The position numbers were made by a program, and so were the translations under genes. A stretch of DNA of 64,000 nt from a virus: the IMG/VR virus record IMGVR_UViG_3300027971_000028, positions 32,001-96,000 of that record; one strand, 5' to 3'. Position 1 is the first letter of the stretch. The number at the start of each line of letters is the position of its first letter. Of the stretch, positions 38,243-47,854 are shown in pieces. The notes under the pieces were generated by a model. That model did not search any database and was not told the origin of the DNA. It saw only the letters and a list, made by a program, of their open reading frames with translations.

Positions 38243-39243
38243 AAGTATTAGTAACTGGTGTAGCAGGGTTTATGGGCAGTCATTTAGCAGATGCTTTTCT
38301 TGCTAAAGGCTACGATGTTGTGGGAATAGATAATTTACTAGGTGGATATGAAGAAAATGTACCTTCAGGTGTTGATTTTCATAATATAGATTTAGATAAT
38401 TTAGAACTAATCCAACCTCTTTTCAAAGATGTAGATTTAGTAGTTCATACTGCTTGTACTGCCTATGAAGGGCTATCCGTATTCTCTCCGTCTCTAGTTG
38501 TTAGAAATACCATGCAAATAACAACAAACATAATGAGTGCTTGCGTAAAGGCTAATGTTAAAAAAATTGTTCATCTATCTTCTATGGCAAGGTATGGCAC
38601 TCAGGATGTAGTTCCCTTTGTTGAGTCAATGACCCCTAAGCCTCAGGATCCGTATGGAATTGCAAAGTATGGGGCTGAACTTATGATTAAAAATATTGCA
38701 GACACTCACGGACTTAATTATGTAATACTTGTTCCACACAACATTATTGGCCCTAGACAAAAATTTGATGACCCTTATAGAAACGTAGCCTCTATTATGA
38801 TAAATAGAATGCTTCAAGGTAAGCAACCTATTATCTATGGAAATGGCGAGCAAAAAAGATGTTTCTCATTTATGCAAGATGTCACTGATCCACTTATGAT
38901 TGCATGTGAGACTGATGTTGCTGATGGTCGAATTGTTAATATTGGTCCAGATGAAGAGTTTGTTACCATAAATGAACTAGCTCAGAAACTATCAATAATT
39001 CTTGATTTTAAGTTAGATCCAATTTATATGCCAGGAAGACCTCAAGAAGTATTTCACGCTAACTGCTCAGCCAATCTAGCAAGAGAACTTTTAAACTACA
39101 AAACCACTACCTCATTAGAGTCTGGATTAGTAGAACTAGTAAACTGGATTAAATCTAAGGGCGCTAGGCAGTTTAATTACCACCTGCCTCTAGAGTTTGT
39201 TACTGATAAAACTCCAAAAACTTGGACAGACAGGCTTATGTAA
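38239..39243 (+). CDS. NAD-dependent NDP-sugar epimerase/dehydratase (extended SDR)
   Basis: VTGVAGFMG, SSMARYG, YGIAK (YxxxK), HNIIGP. Confidence 0.92.
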   Translation: MKVLVTGVAGFMGSHLADAFLAKGYDVVGIDNLLGGYEENVPSGVDFHNIDLDNLELIQPLFKDVDLVVHTACTAYEGLSVFSPSLVVRNTMQITTNIMSACVKANVKKIVHLSSMARYGTQDVVPFVESMTPKPQDPYGIAKYGAELMIKNIADTHGLNYVILVPHNIIGPRQKFDDPYRNVASIMINRMLQGKQPIIYGNGEQKRCFSFMQDVTDPLMIACETDVADGRIVNIGPDEEFVTINELAQKLSIILDFKLDPIYMPGRPQEVFHANCSANLARELLNYKTTTSLESGLVELVNWIKSKGARQFNYHLPLEFVTDKTPKTWTDRLM

Positions 39244-40105
39244 AACTAGTAATAGATTTATATTTTTCTGTTCTATTTTCTTTATTTTTTAAGTAATTAA
39301 ACCACCACCTAGAGGCCCCAAGATTCTCACTCAAGGTAAGGACTCCATATATAGTTCTGTTGTCTATGTATTGAGTAATCCCTTTATCTCTAGCCGAGTT
39401 AGAAAAAACCATATACTCCCAGCGGTCTGACTGCTCTAGATAATTAAGTTCAGATAGGTACTCTCTTTTAATCAGATAAGTGCAGTGAACACACATGCAT
39501 TCAATTAACCCTCTTACCTCTTGATTTAAAATTTTGTAGTAAATATCTTCTGCAATAATTGACCCAAAGTCATCTACTTTGTCGTGGTAGTTTGAGTAGT
39601 ACCTGCTCATATGACCTTCTCGCTTAGCAGCCTCTATAGGAGTATCAGCGTTTTCTCCAAGCGCAACCGCATACCTTAAGAAGGGAGCAACTATAGGTAA
39701 GTCTAGTTTTACTAACTCTTTAAGAGTTTCTGGGAACAAGAAGTTGTCGGTATCTACTACAAAATAATACTCGCAATCTGTGAGTAAGGCTTGATTCATA
39801 CTTTCTTGACGAATTTTTCCTAGAACCCTAAATCTTTCCCCATTCCAGAAATGAACATCATACTGCTCTACCTTCTCTGGAACATCTTCGCTGTTATAGA
39901 TTAATCCTTTATATTTATCACCGTACTCTTCTACCCACTCTTCTAAAAGTTGTTTTGTGTTATCTGTGTTGTTATTAGTTCTTATGTAGATAAATATGTT
40001 TTCTTTAGGATAGTCCCAATCATTTAAACTTTCTAAAAAAAGTGGAAGAACTGCTTCTTTTTGTTTTACAAGAAGGGCTAAGAATACGTTTGGCTGTGTC
40101 ATCAA
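39236..40105 (-). CDS. GT-A glycosyltransferase resembling the procollagen galactosyltransferase N-terminal domain
   Basis: LPLFLESL..YPKENI..NNNTDNT..LEEW; VVDTDN (DxD); IVAPFL; CVHCTYLI. Confidence 0.7.
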   Translation of the reverse strand: MMTQPNVFLALLVKQKEAVLPLFLESLNDWDYPKENIFIYIRTNNNTDNTKQLLEEWVEEYGDKYKGLIYNSEDVPEKVEQYDVHFWNGERFRVLGKIRQESMNQALLTDCEYYFVVDTDNFLFPETLKELVKLDLPIVAPFLRYAVALGENADTPIEAAKREGHMSRYYSNYHDKVDDFGSIIAEDIYYKILNQEVRGLIECMCVHCTYLIKREYLSELNYLEQSDRWEYMVFSNSARDKGITQYIDNRTIYGVLTLSENLGASRWWFNYLKNKENRTEKYKSITSFT

Positions 40106-41139
40106 ATGCCTTGACGGTAGAAAACTAGGTTGTTTTTTAATCTAGTCTCACTTGGATTTCCCTTAAGGGCGCTTTCTCCATACTCTACTGCTTTTTCTTT
40201 ATCTCCTAAATTATGAGCAGATAAGGCTCTCATATCATCTAGCATCCAGTTCCATAGCGCTTCAGATGATAAATAATGTTTAGTTGGTTCACACTTAGCA
40301 ACTAACTTACAGGTCTCCCAGACGCCACCCCAGTCGGATTGTTCATAGTAACAACGTACTTTTTCATAATAAGCCTCACCGCATGGGTCAATTGATATTG
40401 CTTTATCTGCCCAAGTATGTGCCTCTTCAAGTCTTCCTAAATTTCTACATGCTTCAGATGCAAATCTGCAAACTGCTGCACGCTCTATGTACCAGTCTTT
40501 ACTAAATTCAGTAACCTTTTCAGCACTACTTATTACTAACTCCCACATTCTGTAGTAGTAATACTCACGGCAAAGGTAGACCCAGATTCTGTGATCTTCT
40601 CCAAACTCTTTACTTGCTGCCACAAGCATTGTCATATATTGACCACGAGACTTTGTATTATCTGGCTTGTGATACATCTTGGTAGGAATAGTGCAACTCA
40701 TTAGAGGTGTATCAAGGGATGGAACAAATACTTCATGAATAGGGTACTTCCAATAAATACCGTCTCTAGCGTGCAAACGAGCACCGAGCCAAGTGTGACC
40801 AGTATCAAAATCACACCAGCCTTTGTTAGCACCAGGTGCCCAATGTTCTTTTACTTTTTTAAAAAAATCTTCATCTACTGTCTCATCTAAATCTAAACTT
40901 AAACAGACATCTATATCGGTTGGTAATAGGCTTTGAGCAGTATTTCTTGCAACATCAAATCTCCAAGGTTTTACACTTATTTCATAGACAATAATGCCAT
41001 TACTTCTTAGTATCTCTACCGTTTTATCTGTAGATCCTGTGTCACAAACCAATCTAAAATCTGCATTTTTAGTAGTATCTGCCCACCGCTGGGCGTGCTT
41101 CTCTTCATTTAAGGCAATAGCGTAGGCAGCAACTTTCAT
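40102..41139 (-). CDS. GT2 glycosyltransferase with C-terminal TPR repeats
   Basis: IALNEE, DTGSTDKT, FDVARN, SLDLDE, YPIHE, then TPR-like helices. Confidence 0.85.
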   Translation of the reverse strand: MKVAAYAIALNEEKHAQRWADTTKNADFRLVCDTGSTDKTVEILRSNGIIVYEISVKPWRFDVARNTAQSLLPTDIDVCLSLDLDETVDEDFFKKVKEHWAPGANKGWCDFDTGHTWLGARLHARDGIYWKYPIHEVFVPSLDTPLMSCTIPTKMYHKPDNTKSRGQYMTMLVAASKEFGEDHRIWVYLCREYYYYRMWELVISSAEKVTEFSKDWYIERAAVCRFASEACRNLGRLEEAHTWADKAISIDPCGEAYYEKVRCYYEQSDWGGVWETCKLVAKCEPTKHYLSSEALWNWMLDDMRALSAHNLGDKEKAVEYGESALKGNPSETRLKNNLVFYRQGI

Positions 41140-41145
41140 AATCCA

Positions 41146-41154
41146 ACTATACCA
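41146..41154 (-). promoter_or_regulatory. Extended -10 TGgTATAGT 6 nt before the ATG (leaderless candidate)
   Basis: Reverse complement of ACTATACCA; no SD directly before 41139. Confidence 0.5.
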
Positions 41155-41348
41155 TTTCTGGCATATCTATCCTTTAATGGTAAAAGTGTGTCTTATTCTT
41201 ATTAAATCTTTGATCTGACCAGTAAAAGTATGGTCTAACTTTATGTTTATACACAGGTTTTCTTGACTTTAAATGCCGTAAAACACGAGGTAGTATTTTT
41301 CTGCCTACTCTCTTATATGAAGAGCAGGAAGATTTAGTCTGACGCACT

Positions 41349-41396
41349 CAAAACAAAGGAGGCTGCAGTTACCAGTATTGGCACTACAACCTCCTT
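41349..41396 (-). terminator. Intrinsic terminator ending the fibre island
   Basis: Minus strand AAGGAGG-TTGTAG-T-GCCA-ATAC-TGGT-A-A-CTGCAG-CCTCCTT then TGTTTT. Confidence 0.75.
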
Positions 41397-41407
41397 ATAA
41401 TTTTTAA

Positions 41408-41644
41408 TTAAATTACTAGTACAGCCGCTTCTTCTTCAGTAAGGGGAGTTCCAGCAATTAACTTTGCTCTTGCAGAAGCCTTAAGTGCTGCTGTTGCAGC
41501 CGCAGCTTCTTCGCGCTCAGCCTGTGCTGTTGCAAATGCTGCAGCGTCTTGATCACGTTGTGCAATCTCTTGTGCTGTTAACGGAATAGTTTGTGCTATT
41601 CCAGTTGAGCAATCTACTACTATTTTTGTAGGTGTCTCGGCCAT
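41408..41644 (-). CDS. Small protein at the end of the fibre cassette
   Basis: KIVVDCSTG..PLTAQEIAQR then helical Ala-rich region. Confidence 0.7.
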   Translation of the reverse strand: MAETPTKIVVDCSTGIAQTIPLTAQEIAQRDQDAAAFATAQAEREEAAAATAALKASARAKLIAGTPLTEEEAAVLVI

Positions 41645-41646
41645 GT

Positions 41647-42015
41647 TTATGCTACCTCTATCCAGCTAGTTGTTTCTTCATCCCAACGATACATTTTCTC
41701 ATCTGTTGGCATTGGAGTTGGGGCTTGCCAATTACATGTTGCCTCATCTAATACCCATGAAGCGTAAGGTTTTGGCGCAATAAACGCGTCTTTTACGGCG
41801 TCAAATGTGTAGCCAACTCCTGCATAATTCTTGCGATATGGTGTTCCGCCGTTAGCGTGAACTCCACCTTGTGTGTTGTAGGAAGTCTTCTTCCAAGTTC
41901 CACCTAGACCTAGGTCATCGGCTAAATACTCTTGACCCCGATTTTCTTGAGCATCTGGAACAACAAGTACACGTACTACTGTATTGCTCTCATCTATCTC
42001 GGCAAAATGTGCCAT
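41647..42015 (-). CDS. Small Trp-rich protein, paralogue 1 of 3 (possible fibre chaperone)
   Basis: TSYN..RKNYAG.GYT.D...DAFIAPKPY.SW..W.AP. Confidence 0.8.
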   Translation of the reverse strand: MAHFAEIDESNTVVRVLVVPDAQENRGQEYLADDLGLGGTWKKTSYNTQGGVHANGGTPYRKNYAGVGYTFDAVKDAFIAPKPYASWVLDEATCNWQAPTPMPTDEKMYRWDEETTSWIEVA

Positions 42016-42068
42016 ATATTTTTCTCCTTATTCCTTGTAGTTATTATATCACGATTTTTAGGTTAAAT

Positions 42069-43412
42069 TTATTTTGCGTATCTTATAATTACTAAACCGC
42101 TACCGCCAGCACCTGATGCATAAATACTTTGATTCGCACCACCACCGCCACCGCCAGTATTAGCAATACCAGCAGTACCTAATGTTGTTGTTGCATATAA
42201 TGCTCCTCTACCACCACCGCCTAAACCGCCGAGTGCAAATGAACCACCTTCAACCGCTCCGCCTCCGCCTCCTGCATAATATCCAGAATCTCCTGTACTA
42301 GTTGCAGATGCCCAAGTTGAGTATGATGCTCCAATTCCACCTGTTCCAACAGTTGATGGGCCTGCGCTTGTTCCAGCAGCACCTTTACCACCACCTCCAC
42401 CACCAACAAAGAAACCACTTCCACGATAACCGCCGCCGCCTGCATTACCTTGACCGCCTGCAAGTGCGGCTCCGCCAGATGTGTAATCTCCGTTATTGGT
42501 TCCCATTGAACCACCACCGCCACCAGATTGACCATTACTGCCAGTGCTATTCCACCAACTACCACCACCACCACCAAGAATTGTGTTTCCATTGAATGTT
42601 GTGTTACTTCCTGTTGCCCCATTACCACCAGTAGTTGCAGCGCCACCAGCACCAATTACAACAGGGTATCCAGTTGCGGTTAAAGATTGAGATGTATATT
42701 CAACTAAACCACCCGCTCCACCACCACCTGCATATTGGCTTCCACCTGAACCTCCACCTGCAATAGCAAGTACATCAGCAGTTATTGATTGCGTAGGAGT
42801 AAATGTGCCTGAGAATGGAAACGTATGATACCAGTAGGTACCGTCAGAGGATACGATTCCGCCAGTTGCTTTACTACCGCTAGTCACATTTGAGATGCCG
42901 TATAGGTAGAAGGTAGAGCCTGATACAAAGTTACCTGAGCCATATACAGCGCTTATTTTTATATCTGTAATTGGGTTAGAAGTACTTATTAAGCCAGCAT
43001 TTAATACAGCATAAGCAGTTGAGGCATTGTTTTCAGATACGCCATCAGTACTTACAGATTTGCTATTAGCAGAAGTATAATTAGGAATATAAATCTCAGT
43101 ATTACCAAATGTACTTGCAGTAGAGGTAGGACCATTAGACATACCTAAGTACAAATAAGTAGTAGCACTTGATTGACTTCCAGTAGTAGATCCACTTCCA
43201 TAAAGTTGTTTAGCAGAATAAATTGAACCAGTATTTATTGTTTCATTGTAGCCAACCTGTAGAGATAGATCAGTATTAGGTTGTCCATCTCTATCATCTC
43301 TAGCAGACACTAATATTTTTAAGTCAGTATAAGTTTGTGGAATAGCACTAAAGGTAATGCTTGCTGCTGTAGAAGACAAAGTCTTGACATCAATTAATTC
43401 CATATTTGCCAT
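42069..43412 (-). CDS. Beta-sandwich domain plus glycine-rich (polyglycine II-type) domain protein
   Basis: SITFSAIPQTYTDL N-domain; YHTF..SG.F..DVLAIAGGG..GGGGAGG C-domain. Confidence 0.8.
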   Translation of the reverse strand: MANMELIDVKTLSSTAASITFSAIPQTYTDLKILVSARDDRDGQPNTDLSLQVGYNETINTGSIYSAKQLYGSGSTTGSQSSATTYLYLGMSNGPTSTASTFGNTEIYIPNYTSANSKSVSTDGVSENNASTAYAVLNAGLISTSNPITDIKISAVYGSGNFVSGSTFYLYGISNVTSGSKATGGIVSSDGTYWYHTFPFSGTFTPTQSITADVLAIAGGGSGGSQYAGGGGAGGLVEYTSQSLTATGYPVVIGAGGAATTGGNGATGSNTTFNGNTILGGGGGSWWNSTGSNGQSGGGGGSMGTNNGDYTSGGAALAGGQGNAGGGGYRGSGFFVGGGGGGKGAAGTSAGPSTVGTGGIGASYSTWASATSTGDSGYYAGGGGGAVEGGSFALGGLGGGGRGALYATTTLGTAGIANTGGGGGGANQSIYASGAGGSGLVIIRYAK

Positions 43413-43428
43413 TATCTATTCTCCTTTA

Positions 43429-44733
43429 TCACAATGCGTAACGAATAATTACGATGCCACTACCACCAGTAGCACCGCCATTTCTAGCGCTACCACCTCC
43501 ACCGCCAGTATTTGCAGTTCCAGCAGTTCCAGTAGTACCAATTACACCATCATTCAACCCACCTGCACCGCCACCACCTAAACCACCTGCACCAGCAGAA
43601 ATTCCACTATTAACGCCAGCGTGACCACCACCACCACCTGCAAAATAATAATTTCCACCTGATAATTGACCAGCACCAGTTGTTGCTCCACCAGAAATTG
43701 CTGTAGTAGAACCTATACCACCATTACCACCAATATTAGATGATGCGTTACTGCCAACAGCGCCTTTACCACCACCACCACCACCTGCACCTTGTGATGA
43801 AGTTCCATCACCAGTACCACCATTATTTCCTTGTCCTGATGTTCCTAACCCAACACTACCGAAAGAACCTCCTTGACCGCCACCTGAACCAAAAGTTCCA
43901 GTTGCCGCAGCAGTATTGTAAGTACCTCCGCCTCCACCACCTTTTACTAATGTTAATGAACCAAATTTAGAGTCACCACCAGTAGCACCAATAGGTGAAC
44001 CAGCAGCACCACCACCACCAACTGTTACTGTGTAGTTAGTTGCAGTAAGTGATTGTCCAGTAAATGTAAGTAAACCACCTGCACCTCCGCCACCTGCATA
44101 ATAATCTGAACTACCACCAGCACCACCAGCAACAACAAGTACATCTGCTGTTATTGCTTCGTTAGGGATAAAAGCACCTGATGAAGTAAAAGCGTGATAC
44201 ATATAAGTACCATCACTTACAACAATATTTCCGCCTTGTGCTTTCTGAGCCTTATCTCCTACTTGGATTCCGTAGATTGAGAAGGTTGAGCCTGAAGCAA
44301 AGTTACCACTTAAAGGAAATAAAGTTAGTGAAGTTATTGCTGAGGTATTACGCCAAAGATTAACCCAAGCACCTGTTCTATTATTTGCATTATTTCCACG
44401 AACTATTGCAGTTTTGTAAGTTGTTGAATTAGAATAATTATTTATTTGATGAATATTGGTATTCAAAGATGCATAAGCCTCTCCACCAACCGCATAATTT
44501 TCATTGATATTACGGCCACTAAATGCACTACTACCGTTACCTAATAAATAAGTTTTTGAATAATTTGTACCAGTATCACCATTATATTGACAACAAATTA
44601 CTTGAGTATCTATTGTACAAGTTACATTATTAACAATAACTAAATCGGTATAGCCTTGTGGAATACTGGAGAAGGTAACTGATGCTGCTGCGCTACCTAG
44701 TGTCTGAGTTGCGATGGGTGTATAGGTACTCAT
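43429..44733 (-). CDS. Beta-sandwich domain plus glycine-rich domain protein
   Basis: Same two-domain layout as 42069..43412. Confidence 0.8.
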   Translation of the reverse strand: MSTYTPIATQTLGSAAASVTFSSIPQGYTDLVIVNNVTCTIDTQVICCQYNGDTGTNYSKTYLLGNGSSAFSGRNINENYAVGGEAYASLNTNIHQINNYSNSTTYKTAIVRGNNANNRTGAWVNLWRNTSAITSLTLFPLSGNFASGSTFSIYGIQVGDKAQKAQGGNIVVSDGTYMYHAFTSSGAFIPNEAITADVLVVAGGAGGSSDYYAGGGGAGGLLTFTGQSLTATNYTVTVGGGGAAGSPIGATGGDSKFGSLTLVKGGGGGGTYNTAAATGTFGSGGGQGGSFGSVGLGTSGQGNNGGTGDGTSSQGAGGGGGGKGAVGSNASSNIGGNGGIGSTTAISGGATTGAGQLSGGNYYFAGGGGGHAGVNSGISAGAGGLGGGGAGGLNDGVIGTTGTAGTANTGGGGGSARNGGATGGSGIVIIRYAL

Positions 44734-45323
44734 TAGGCTCCCTTAATTCCGTATAGGGCAATTGAAGTATATTGTGCAAAATTGTAATTATCTGGATAAA
44801 ATCTTATAGATGTAATTGCTGCTGTGTTTTGCCAAAGAGATGAATATAATGCAACTTGGCCGCCACCATTTCTATCTTCACCAAATAATGTTCTAACAGT
44901 TTTATATTTATTAGTATTTTTGTAATCAAGAATATCCATAATATTAACAGATACTACATTTGTGGCAGTTGTTCCCATAGCATTACCAGCATAAGCACCA
45001 TATCCAACATTTGTATTTGTATACGCTGCTGATGTAGCACTAGCGCCATCACCTGAAAGAAAATGAAAATTATAATTTGTAGGACTTGATGGAGCATAGT
45101 CTCCGTTAAAATAAGCCCAAACCGTACTGCCATAACTATTAACTCTTTGAGATTTAGCAATCATGCGAACTTGTAAATGAGTATAAGTTGAAGGGATAGA
45201 AGTAAAATCAACATATGCCTGACCAGCAGAACCTACCTGCACCATACCAAGTGGGAACATAACTCCAGTATCAGCTCGCGCCTGCTGGTTGGATGAGGCA
45301 ATAGTGCCAAATAAAATTGGCAT
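44733..45323 (-). CDS. Stand-alone beta-sandwich protein with MPILFGTIASS N-terminal peptide
   Basis: FTSIPSTYTHLQVR..AAITSI..IALYGI is paralogous to the N-domains of the two previous genes. Confidence 0.8.
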   Translation of the reverse strand: MPILFGTIASSNQQARADTGVMFPLGMVQVGSAGQAYVDFTSIPSTYTHLQVRMIAKSQRVNSYGSTVWAYFNGDYAPSSPTNYNFHFLSGDGASATSAAYTNTNVGYGAYAGNAMGTTATNVVSVNIMDILDYKNTNKYKTVRTLFGEDRNGGGQVALYSSLWQNTAAITSIRFYPDNYNFAQYTSIALYGIKGA

Positions 45324-45327
45324 TAGC

Positions 45328-45861
45328 TTAGGAAATGTCGCCTACTACTAAAAACGTATTACTTGCTGTGCAGATTACTGCGGCTGAAGAGTATTGAACT
45401 CTTAACTTAGGCGCAGTTGCTGTAGCACCAGATGAGTTAATAGTTACTCCAGCCCCTTGAGCAAAACTAACCTGACCTGCTCCAGTTTGAGAAACGTTAA
45501 CAACATCATTAGCACTAAATACTGATGGAGGAATTGTAAGAGTAATTGCCGCAGCATTACTTAAAGTCACAAGATCATTAAGATCTCCTGCTTGTAAGGT
45601 ATAGGTTGTTCCAGTTACGTTATTAATAGCCAAAATAGCGCTAGCAGCACCTGTTGGTCCAGTTACTGTTGAGCCTGTAGTACCCGTAGCCCCTGTTGAG
45701 CCCGTAGGACCTGTTGGCCCTGTAGAACCAGTTGCCCCAGTAGAGTAAGGAACAGTCGAACGAACGACCTCCCAAACGGTACCGTTCCACTTCCAAACAC
45801 GGTTGCCAACGGTATGGGTATCGTTGACGGACGGGGAGTTTGGAAAATCTATTGCTGGCAT
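45328..45861 (-). CDS. Short collagen-like fibre/adaptor protein
   Basis: IDFPNSP..W.WNGTVW N-domain, a few GXT triplets, C-terminal TYTL...QTGAGQV...RVQYSSA...GDIS domain. Confidence 0.8.
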   Translation of the reverse strand: MPAIDFPNSPSVNDTHTVGNRVWKWNGTVWEVVRSTVPYSTGATGSTGPTGPTGSTGATGTTGSTVTGPTGAASAILAINNVTGTTYTLQAGDLNDLVTLSNAAAITLTIPPSVFSANDVVNVSQTGAGQVSFAQGAGVTINSSGATATAPKLRVQYSSAAVICTASNTFLVVGDIS

Positions 45862-45884
45862 TTTTTCCTCCTGGTTACCTAGGT

Positions 45885-45893
45885 ATTATAGCA
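45885..45893 (-). promoter_or_regulatory. Extended -10 TGcTATAAT (consensus)
   Basis: Reverse complement of ATTATAGCA, upstream of SD AGGAGG for 45861. Confidence 0.65.
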
Positions 45894-45981
45894 GGTGCTT
45901 ATCTGCGTTGATAGTTTAAAAACGGTTTTTTAAGGCGCAATTTTAAAGGATTTATAGCCCTAGAAGGGGGTCTATCCATTA

Positions 45982-46023
45982 TTACCACGGTGCTGCACTC
46001 GCTAGGTCTCTTGCTTTAGTCAT
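45982..46023 (-). pseudogene. 13-aa remnant MTKARDLASAAPW
   Basis: First 24 nt identical to the start of the 48183..48281 mini-ORF; coupled to the upstream stop (TAATG); double stop. Confidence 0.55.
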
Positions 46024-46379
46024 TAGATTGCCACCTTAATCCATTCTTTGTTTATTTCAGACCAAGTCCATCTAAAACCTTCAACATCTGCTGGTCTAGC
46101 AACTGGTGCTTCCCAATCAAAAGTTGTATAATTTAATTTCCAAGATGCATATGGTTGAGGTGTAATAAATACATCAAAGGTACCATCGTATGTATAATCA
46201 ACTCCAGCCATACGTTTTCTTATATTACCATTGTAAGATGTTCTTCTAACCATATGTGGAGTTCCTTGTTCATAATATGCTTCAGGAGTTAAACCATCAA
46301 TTAGTTCAGTTTCATCTTTACCAACTATAACCATTTCTACTTTATTATTTTCTCTATTTATATATGCGTAATGTGCCAT
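46023..46379 (-). CDS. Small Trp-rich protein, paralogue 2 (start revised to 46379, MAHYAY)
   Basis: RTSYNGNIRKRMAGVDYTYD..F..PQPYASW..WEAP; TAATG overlap with the upstream gene. Confidence 0.8.
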   Translation of the reverse strand: MAHYAYINRENNKVEMVIVGKDETELIDGLTPEAYYEQGTPHMVRRTSYNGNIRKRMAGVDYTYDGTFDVFITPQPYASWKLNYTTFDWEAPVARPADVEGFRWTWSEINKEWIKVAI

Positions 46380-47854
46380 TATGCCCAACTTACTGTGTCT
46401 GAGACACCTGCTGCTGTAACTGTTGATATTTTATAACCACCACTTGTGGCAGTTGTTTGTGTAACTCCACCGCTAAAAGTTGCGGTAAGAGATGATATGT
46501 ATTTTAAAATAACCACACCAGAACCACCTGTACCAAAAAGAGTAGAACTTGTAGTTCCAGCACCATTTCCAGTATTTGCTGCGCCATTACCATAAGTTGG
46601 TGCTGCTCCTGCTGCATATGTTACTGAAGAGCCAGTAATAGAATTAGCAGTTCCAGGTCCTGGAATACATTCATTAGCACCAGCCAGTGAAGCTGCACCA
46701 CCAGAACCTCCGCCTGCTCCACCATCATATGCGCCATTACCACCAGTTGGGGTTTGAATTGAAGATGACCCAGCGTAACCTTCTACTGGTGAATAACCTC
46801 CAGCATTTCCTGAACCAGCGCCACCACCATAAGAATAATCACCAGCACCACCACCAGAGCCACCTGATGCACCAGCAGCGCCTCTAGTATTACCGCCTCG
46901 TCCACCACCAGATGAAGAAGTAGTATTAAAAGTAGAGTTACCACCATTAGAACCAGGAGCACCACCTGCTCCAACTGTAACCGTGTAATTTGTTGAAGAA
47001 GAAACACTCTGACTAGTAAAGTATCTATAACCACCTGCGCCACCTGCGCCAATAAATTCTTTACCACCGCCTTCGGCATTGTACCCGCTACCACCACCAC
47101 CAGCAACAATTAAATAATCAATTGAAATTGGTATTGTTACCGAACTAGTGGCAGAACTTTCAGGAGAATCTCCATTAGCGTTTGTTGTTTTTACTTTAAA
47201 AGTATAAGAAGAATTTTGTGAAAGTCCAGTAACTGTATGACTTGTTGAACCTATTGTTGCTGCGTTTACTGGTGTTTGAGCAGTCGCACCAATATATGGG
47301 GTAATAGTAATAGCAGTAAGAGCACTACCACCATTTGAATTAAGTGTCCAAGTTACTACAACATCTGTACCTGATAAAGTAGCAGTACCAATAGTTGGAG
47401 CCTGTGGTCTAGTTGATGGAGTAACAGGACTAGCATTGCCAGTATTTGTTGTTGTACCAAAATTGTTTTGTGCATTACCATATACAGTATAAGCAGTTCC
47501 TGGAGTTAATCCAGTTAAAGTAACTGTTGTGCTAGAACTTGAAGCACTAAATCCACCAGCAGTTGTATAAGCATTATATTGAGTAGCCGTACTGCCACCA
47601 GTGCCAGGAGTAAATACAACCGATAGTTTACCAGCAGTAGATGTATAAGCATCACCAGAAGAAGTATCGGTTGGAGTTGCAATAGTTGGAACTGATGGAG
47701 GGGCAGAAGATGCTACCCAAGTAGTGCCATTATAAATTTCAAGAAGTTCTAATGTACCATTGTAATAGGTATCACCAATTACAGGGCTACCAGGGCGGGC
47801 AGCGGTGTTACCAGAAGGTATGCCACCTTTAGAAGGAAATACTGCTGATGCCAT
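46379..47854 (-). CDS. FN3-like repeats plus glycine-rich domain protein
   Basis: Two P..P...W/F...GG..Y...GLT.G..Y units, then IDYLIVAGGG..GAGGAGG. Confidence 0.8.
   Translation of the reverse strand: MASAVFPSKGGIPSGNTAARPGSPVIGDTYYNGTLELLEIYNGTTWVASSAPPSVPTIATPTDTSSGDAYTSTAGKLSVVFTPGTGGSTATQYNAYTTAGGFSASSSSTTVTLTGLTPGTAYTVYGNAQNNFGTTTNTGNASPVTPSTRPQAPTIGTATLSGTDVVVTWTLNSNGGSALTAITITPYIGATAQTPVNAATIGSTSHTVTGLSQNSSYTFKVKTTNANGDSPESSATSSVTIPISIDYLIVAGGGGSGYNAEGGGKEFIGAGGAGGYRYFTSQSVSSSTNYTVTVGAGGAPGSNGGNSTFNTTSSSGGGRGGNTRGAAGASGGSGGGAGDYSYGGGAGSGNAGGYSPVEGYAGSSSIQTPTGGNGAYDGGAGGGSGGAASLAGANECIPGPGTANSITGSSVTYAAGAAPTYGNGAANTGNGAGTTSSTLFGTGGSGVVILKYISSLTATFSGGVTQTTATSGGYKISTVTAAGVSDTVSWA

Noticed and set aside
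41140-41345. Tiny ORFs (MPEMV; 26-aa GTG ORF) or ncRNA in the 270-nt gap
   Set aside because: No convincing SD, coding pattern or stable fold beyond the terminator
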